A DNA stretch of 32,000 bases from Candidatus Saccharimonadota bacterium. Its GTDB lineage: Bacteria; Pseudomonadota; Gammaproteobacteria; Enterobacterales; Enterobacteriaceae. Below the pieces are notes generated by a model. That model was not told where the DNA came from and did not search any database. It saw nothing but the letters and a program-made list of their open reading frames with translations. Made by a program: the position numbers and the translations under genes. This document shows positions 28,403 to 32,000 of this stretch, one piece after another. The DNA lies in NCBI GenBank assembly GCA_045690015.1, contig CP145877.1:60001-92000 (forward strand). Direction: 5' to 3'. Within the stretch, counting starts at the first letter, position 1. Each line of letters opens with the position of its first letter.

Positions 28403-28708
28403 TTACCAGCTAGCTTTTTTTAACCCTGGAATTTCTCCACGCATAGCCGCTTCACGCAGTTTAATACGACTTAATCCAAATTTACGAATAAAAGCATGTG
28501 GACGTCCGGTTTTCCGACAACGATTACGTTGACGACACGGACTAGAATCACGCGGTAAACTTTGTAATTTGAATACTGCATTTATTTTTTCTTTATCTGC
28601 TACTTTTTTATCACTAATAATTTTTTTTAGTTGAATACGTTTAATAAATAATTTATTTGCCATATTTATACGTTTAATATCACGATATATAATTGATTTT
28701 TTAGACAT
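28403..28708 (-). CDS. rpsN: 30S ribosomal protein S14
   Basis: 101 aa. [46 protein letters not shown] matches E. coli S14. Confidence 0.98.
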   Translation of the reverse strand: MSKKSIIYRDIKRINMANKLFIKRIQLKKIISDKKVADKEKINAVFKLQSLPRDSSPCRQRNRCRKTGRPHAFIRKFGLSRIKLREAAMRGEIPGLKKASW

Positions 28709-28726
28709 TGAAATCCTTAATTTTAT

Positions 28727-29269
28727 TCAATCAGTTCTAAAAGGAAAATTAAAGGCACTCAATAAATAACGTGCTTCTTCATCAGATTTAGCAGTAGTAG
28801 TAATAGTAATATCTAAACCTCTAATATGATCAATTTTATCATAAATAATTTCTGGGAAAATAATTTGCTCTTTAATACCAATACTATAATTACCATATCC
28901 ATCAAAAGATCTAATAGAAAATCCTCTAAAATCACGAATTCGTGGAATTGCAATAGAAATTAAACGTTCAAAAAAATCCCACATACGTTGTGATCTTAGG
29001 GTAACTTTACATCCTATAGGATAACCTTTACGAATTTTAAATCCGGATATAGATTTACGTGCTCTAGTTAATAAAGGTTTTTGACCAGAAATTGCCGTTA
29101 AATCGCTAACTGCATTTTCCAGGATTTTTTTATCTGATATAGCCTTTCCTACTCCCATATTTAATGTAATTTTTCTTAAATTAGGAACTTGCATGACTGT
29201 TTTATACTTAAAATGAATCATAAGTTTATTAATTACTTCTGATTTATATAAATCATGCAATTGTGCCAT
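28727..29269 (-). CDS. rplE: 50S ribosomal protein L5
   Basis: 180 aa. VMQVP...[14 protein letters not shown]...[26 protein letters not shown]...[10 protein letters not shown] matches E. coli L5. Confidence 0.98.
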   Translation of the reverse strand: MAQLHDLYKSEVINKLMIHFKYKTVMQVPNLRKITLNMGVGKAISDKKILENAVSDLTAISGQKPLLTRARKSISGFKIRKGYPIGCKVTLRSQRMWDFFERLISIAIPRIRDFRGFSIRSFDGYGNYSIGIKEQIIFPEIIYDKIDHIRGLDITITTTAKSDEEARYLLSAFNFPFRTD

Positions 29270-29276
29270 ATAAAAT

Positions 29277-29600
29277 TTACTCCGTATTTGTAATAATTTG
29301 ATTAGTAGATTTAAAAAATCTAATTTTTTTTCCTTGCTTTAATTTAAATCCAATACGATCTGCTTTACCATTTTTTACATTATAAATAGCTACATTGGAA
29401 ATATGTATCGCTGATTCTTTCAATCGAATTCCTCCAGTTCTATTTAAAGTAGGAATAGCTTTTTCATGATGCTTAAACAAATTAATACCTTCTACAATCA
29501 CTTTATTAGAAGATAAAACCTTCTTAACTTTACCACATTTTCCTTTATCTTTTCCGGTTATAATTATTACTTGATCACCAGTACGTATTTTTACTGCCAT
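29277..29600 (-). CDS. rplX: 50S ribosomal protein L24
   Basis: 107 aa. [16 protein letters not shown]...[12 protein letters not shown]...SNVAI.N...GKADR.GF....GKK.RFFKS matches E. coli L24. Confidence 0.97.
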   Translation of the reverse strand: MAVKIRTGDQVIIITGKDKGKCGKVKKVLSSNKVIVEGINLFKHHEKAIPTLNRTGGIRLKESAIHISNVAIYNVKNGKADRIGFKLKQGKKIRFFKSTNQIITNTE

Positions 29601-29611
29601 TATATTTTCTC

Positions 29612-29983
29612 CTACAATACTTCTGGAGCTAAAGAAAGTATTTTCATAAATTTTTCATTACGCAATTCTCGAGTAACTGGACCAAAAATTCTAGTACCAA
29701 TAGCTGATTCAGTATTATTATTCAAAAGGACACATGAATTTGTATCAAAACGTATTACAGATCCATCAGAACGACGAATTCCTTTTTTACTACGTACAAT
29801 TACTGCTTTCAATACCTCACCTTTTTTAACTTTAGCTGTAGGAATTGCGTCTTTTATAGTAATTTTAATAATATCACCGATATTTGCATAACGACGTCGT
29901 GATCCTCCAAGCACTTTAATACACATTACTTTTCGTGCACCTGAATTATCAGCAACGGTCAGAATACTGTGTTCCTGAATCAT
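29612..29983 (-). CDS. rplN: 50S ribosomal protein L14
   Basis: 123 aa. MIQE...[34 protein letters not shown]...[25 protein letters not shown] is near-identical to E. coli L14. Confidence 0.98.
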   Translation of the reverse strand: MIQEHSILTVADNSGARKVMCIKVLGGSRRRYANIGDIIKITIKDAIPTAKVKKGEVLKAVIVRSKKGIRRSDGSVIRFDTNSCVLLNNNTESAIGTRIFGPVTRELRNEKFMKILSLAPEVL

Positions 29984-30008
29984 ATAAAATAATACCTAAT
30001 ATAATTAT

Positions 30009-30266
30009 TTAAATAATTTCTGATTTTTTAACTAAACGAACTAATGTCCATGCTTTAGTTTTCGATATAGGACGACATTCTCGTATTTCTACTAAATCAC
30101 CAATCTCACATTGATTATATTCATCATGAATGTGTAATTTAGTCTTATTTTTTATAAATTTACCATAAATAGGATGTTTATAAAATCTCTCAATAATGAC
30201 TGTAGCAGATTTTTGCATTTTATTACTAATTACTCGTCCTTGTAGAGTTCGTATTCTATCAATCAT
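30009..30266 (-). CDS. rpsQ: 30S ribosomal protein S17
   Basis: 85 aa. [57 protein letters not shown] matches E. coli S17. Confidence 0.97.
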   Translation of the reverse strand: MIDRIRTLQGRVISNKMQKSATVIIERFYKHPIYGKFIKNKTKLHIHDEYNQCEIGDLVEIRECRPISKTKAWTLVRLVKKSEII

Positions 30267-30471
30267 TATGTGACTCGCTCTTTTTTAGTGTAATAAAAGT
30301 TTTAATACGAGCAATATTTCGTCGCGATTCTTTTAATAAATTATTATTTAATAGCCCTTGATTAATTTTTTTTTGTATACGTAAATTAAATAATTCCTGT
30401 TCTAAATGAACTAATTCCATTTTTAAACTAGAAATATCTTTCTCTTTATTAAATAACTTATTCTTATCCAT
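30259..30471 (-). CDS. rpmC: 50S ribosomal protein L29
   Basis: 70 aa. The L29-like core is LK.EL..L..ELFNLR.Q......[18 protein letters not shown], and its position between rplP and rpsQ is conserved. The 3' end overlaps rpsQ by 8 nt, and the start shares one base with the rplP stop (TAATG). Confidence 0.9.
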   Translation of the reverse strand: MDKNKLFNKEKDISSLKMELVHLEQELFNLRIQKKINQGLLNNNLLKESRRNIARIKTFITLKKSESHND

Positions 30472-30884
30472 TAGATTCTCATATTATTTACAAATATTGT
30501 TTTAATCGGTAATTTTGCGGATGCTAATTTAAAAGCTGAACGAGCTAATTCTTCTGTTACTCCATCCATTTCATATAATACTTTACCAGGTTGAATACGT
30601 GCCACCCAAAACTCTACATTGCCTTTACCTTTTCCCATTCGTACTTCTAAGGGTTTTTTAGTCATAGGTTTATCTGGAAAAATACAAATCCATATTTTTC
30701 CTTGACGCTTGATTGCACGGCTCATTACTCTTCTTGCAGCTTCAATTTGAGATGCTGTTATCATACCGCGTTCTATAGCTTTTAATCCAAATATACCAAA
30801 ATTGATTTTAGTACTAGTAGATAATCCTTTATTTCTACCCTTTTGCATTTTTCTAAATTTAGTACGTTTAGGTTGCAACATCAT
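30471..30884 (-). CDS. rplP: 50S ribosomal protein L16
   Basis: [17 protein letters not shown]...[70 protein letters not shown] matches E. coli L16. There are tandem ATGs, so the true start may be 30881. Confidence 0.98.
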   Translation of the reverse strand: MMLQPKRTKFRKMQKGRNKGLSTSTKINFGIFGLKAIERGMITASQIEAARRVMSRAIKRQGKIWICIFPDKPMTKKPLEVRMGKGKGNVEFWVARIQPGKVLYEMDGVTEELARSAFKLASAKLPIKTIFVNNMRI

Positions 30885-30896
30885 CTTTTCTCCTAT

Positions 30897-31625
30897 CTAT
30901 TTACGATTTTTTCTTTTATTACGATGTTGCTTTTTATTAGGATTAGGTTTGGTCATTTTTTCTGATAAAACTAAAGGAATACCAGTCGGTAGACAATTAC
31001 CAAGAACTTCGCCTTTAAAAATCCATACTTTAACACCAATTACACCGTAATTTGTATACGCCTCAGAAATGCTAAAATCAATATCTGCTCGTAAAGTATG
31101 TAATGGAACACGTCCTTCACGATACCATTCTCTACGAGCTATCTCAGCTCCTCCAAGTCTTCCACTTATTTCAACTTTTATTCCTTTAGCACCTAATCTC
31201 ATAGCATTTTGTACTGCCCTTTTCATAGATCTACGAAAAATGACACGTCGTTCTAATTGAGAAGCTATGCTATCTGCAACTAGCTTTGCATTTAATTCTG
31301 GTTTACGCACTTCAGTAATATTAATTTGAGAAGGCACCCCTGTAATCTTAGCAACTTTCTGACGTAGTTTTTCTATATCTTCTCCTTTTTTACCTATAAT
31401 AATACCAGGACGTGCCGTATGAATAGTGATACGAATACTTTTAGCGGGACGTTCAATAAAAATATGAGATACAAATGCTTTAGCAAGTTTTTTATTCAAA
31501 AATTCTCTAATTTTATCATCACTTTCTAAGTTTTTAGCATAATCTCTCTTATTGGCAAACCAACTAGAATTCCAAAATTTGGTAATTCCTAATCTCATAC
31601 CATTTGGATGTACTTTTTGTCCCAT
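30897..31625 (-). CDS. rpsC: 30S ribosomal protein S3
   Basis: 242 aa. [21 protein letters not shown]...[28 protein letters not shown]...[28 protein letters not shown] matches E. coli S3. It has a basic C-terminal tail. Confidence 0.98.
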   Translation of the reverse strand: MGQKVHPNGMRLGITKFWNSSWFANKRDYAKNLESDDKIREFLNKKLAKAFVSHIFIERPAKSIRITIHTARPGIIIGKKGEDIEKLRQKVAKITGVPSQINITEVRKPELNAKLVADSIASQLERRVIFRRSMKRAVQNAMRLGAKGIKVEISGRLGGAEIARREWYREGRVPLHTLRADIDFSISEAYTNYGVIGVKVWIFKGEVLGNCLPTGIPLVLSEKMTKPNPNKKQHRNKRKNRK

Positions 31626-31652
31626 AATAACTTTCCACCTTTTTCAAAAATA

Positions 31653-31985
31653 TTATTCATCTGATACAATTATCGTTATATGACTAGTATGTTTTAAAAT
31701 GCGATCTGTACGTCCTTTAGCTCTAGGAAGAGAACGTTTTATAGTTAAACCTTTATCAATAAAAACTCTTGCTATTTTTAATTTATCAATATCAGCACCA
31801 TCATTATGTTCAGAATTAGCAATGGCAGATTCCAAAACTTTCTTAAGAATTAGAGCTGCTTTTTTTTTATTGTAAGTTAAAATATTTAAAGCTTGTGATA
31901 CTTTTTCTCCCCTAATTTGATTCGCAATCAGACGAAGTTTTTGTGCAGAAGAAGAAGCATTATGATGTCTAGCTATGGTTTGCAT
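31653..31985 (-). CDS. rplV: 50S ribosomal protein L22
   Basis: 110 aa. SSAQK.RL.A..IRG.KVSQAL.IL.Y..KKAA...[21 protein letters not shown]......D.G...KR..PRAKGR.DRILK.TSHIT..VSD matches E. coli L22. Confidence 0.98.
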   Translation of the reverse strand: MQTIARHHNASSSAQKLRLIANQIRGEKVSQALNILTYNKKKAALILKKVLESAIANSEHNDGADIDKLKIARVFIDKGLTIKRSLPRAKGRTDRILKHTSHITIIVSDE

Positions 31986-32000
31986 TTAATTCAATTCCTT

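Noticed and set aside
29571-29891. 106-aa plus-strand ORF antisense to rplX/rplN
   Set aside because: Shadow ORF opposite highly conserved ribosomal protein genes, with no homology signal and no RBS.
30802-31260. Two plus-strand ORFs (30802-31050 and 31069-31260) antisense to rplP/rpsC
   Set aside because: Shadow ORFs opposite conserved genes, with hydrophobic or low-complexity translations typical of antisense AT-rich sequence.
31986-32000. Possible 3' end of rpsS (frame ending TAA at 31986-31988, directly abutting the rplV ATG)
   Set aside because: It is expected by synteny, but only 15 nt are visible, and a second frame also has a stop (TGA 31990-31992), so the assignment cannot be supported from this window.

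Overview
Strongly AT-rich, very gene-dense window that looks like a reduced-genome gammaproteobacterial (Enterobacterales-derived) insect endosymbiont. Nearly every ORF aligns end to end with an E. coli housekeeping protein and spacers are tiny. I saw no repeats, IS elements, phage genes, CRISPR arrays or defence/toxin-like genes. Content from left to right: the isc Fe-S assembly operon on the minus strand (hscA cut by the left edge, hscB, iscA, iscU, iscS), preceded by a badly decayed iscR pseudogene that the ORF track misses. Then suhB, glyA, tadA, gyrA, cutA, tRNA-Phe, nusB, folA, tRNA-Asn, asnS, pyrD, an 88-aa 2Fe-2S ferredoxin ORF, nfo, rplY, tRNA-Pro, purA, rnr, rlmB and rpsF-rpsR-rplI. 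Convergent with these is the alpha/spc/S10 ribosomal-protein supercluster on the minus strand (rplQ rpoA rpsD rpsK rpsM rpmJ secY rplO rpmD rpsE rplR rplF rpsH rpsN rplE rplX rplN rpsQ rpmC rplP rpsC rplV), which runs off the right edge; rpsS is expected just beyond. rpmJ (37 codons) is also absent from the ORF track and was found by hand. Relative to E. coli K-12 gene order (from memory), the window is a mosaic of short ancestral blocks joined by deletions or rearrangements. trmJ, nsrR, priB, zapC, thiL/pgpA and dsbD are missing from their expected slots. I do not see a novel multi-gene system; this is core housekeeping DNA. The observations worth a second look are decay and rewiring signals: (1) a multiply disrupted iscR next to a flawless IscR type-1 operator palindrome; (2) an intact suhB whose inositol-monophosphatase metal-ligand motifs are all replaced; (3) a free-standing ferredoxin ORF that appears to be the surviving C-terminal domain of YcbX; (4) a core-only RNase R with an in-frame relic upstream; (5) tRNA-Asn behind asnS with its own near-consensus promoter and almost no leader. 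All homology statements rest on by-eye alignment to E. coli sequences recalled from memory. No searches were run.
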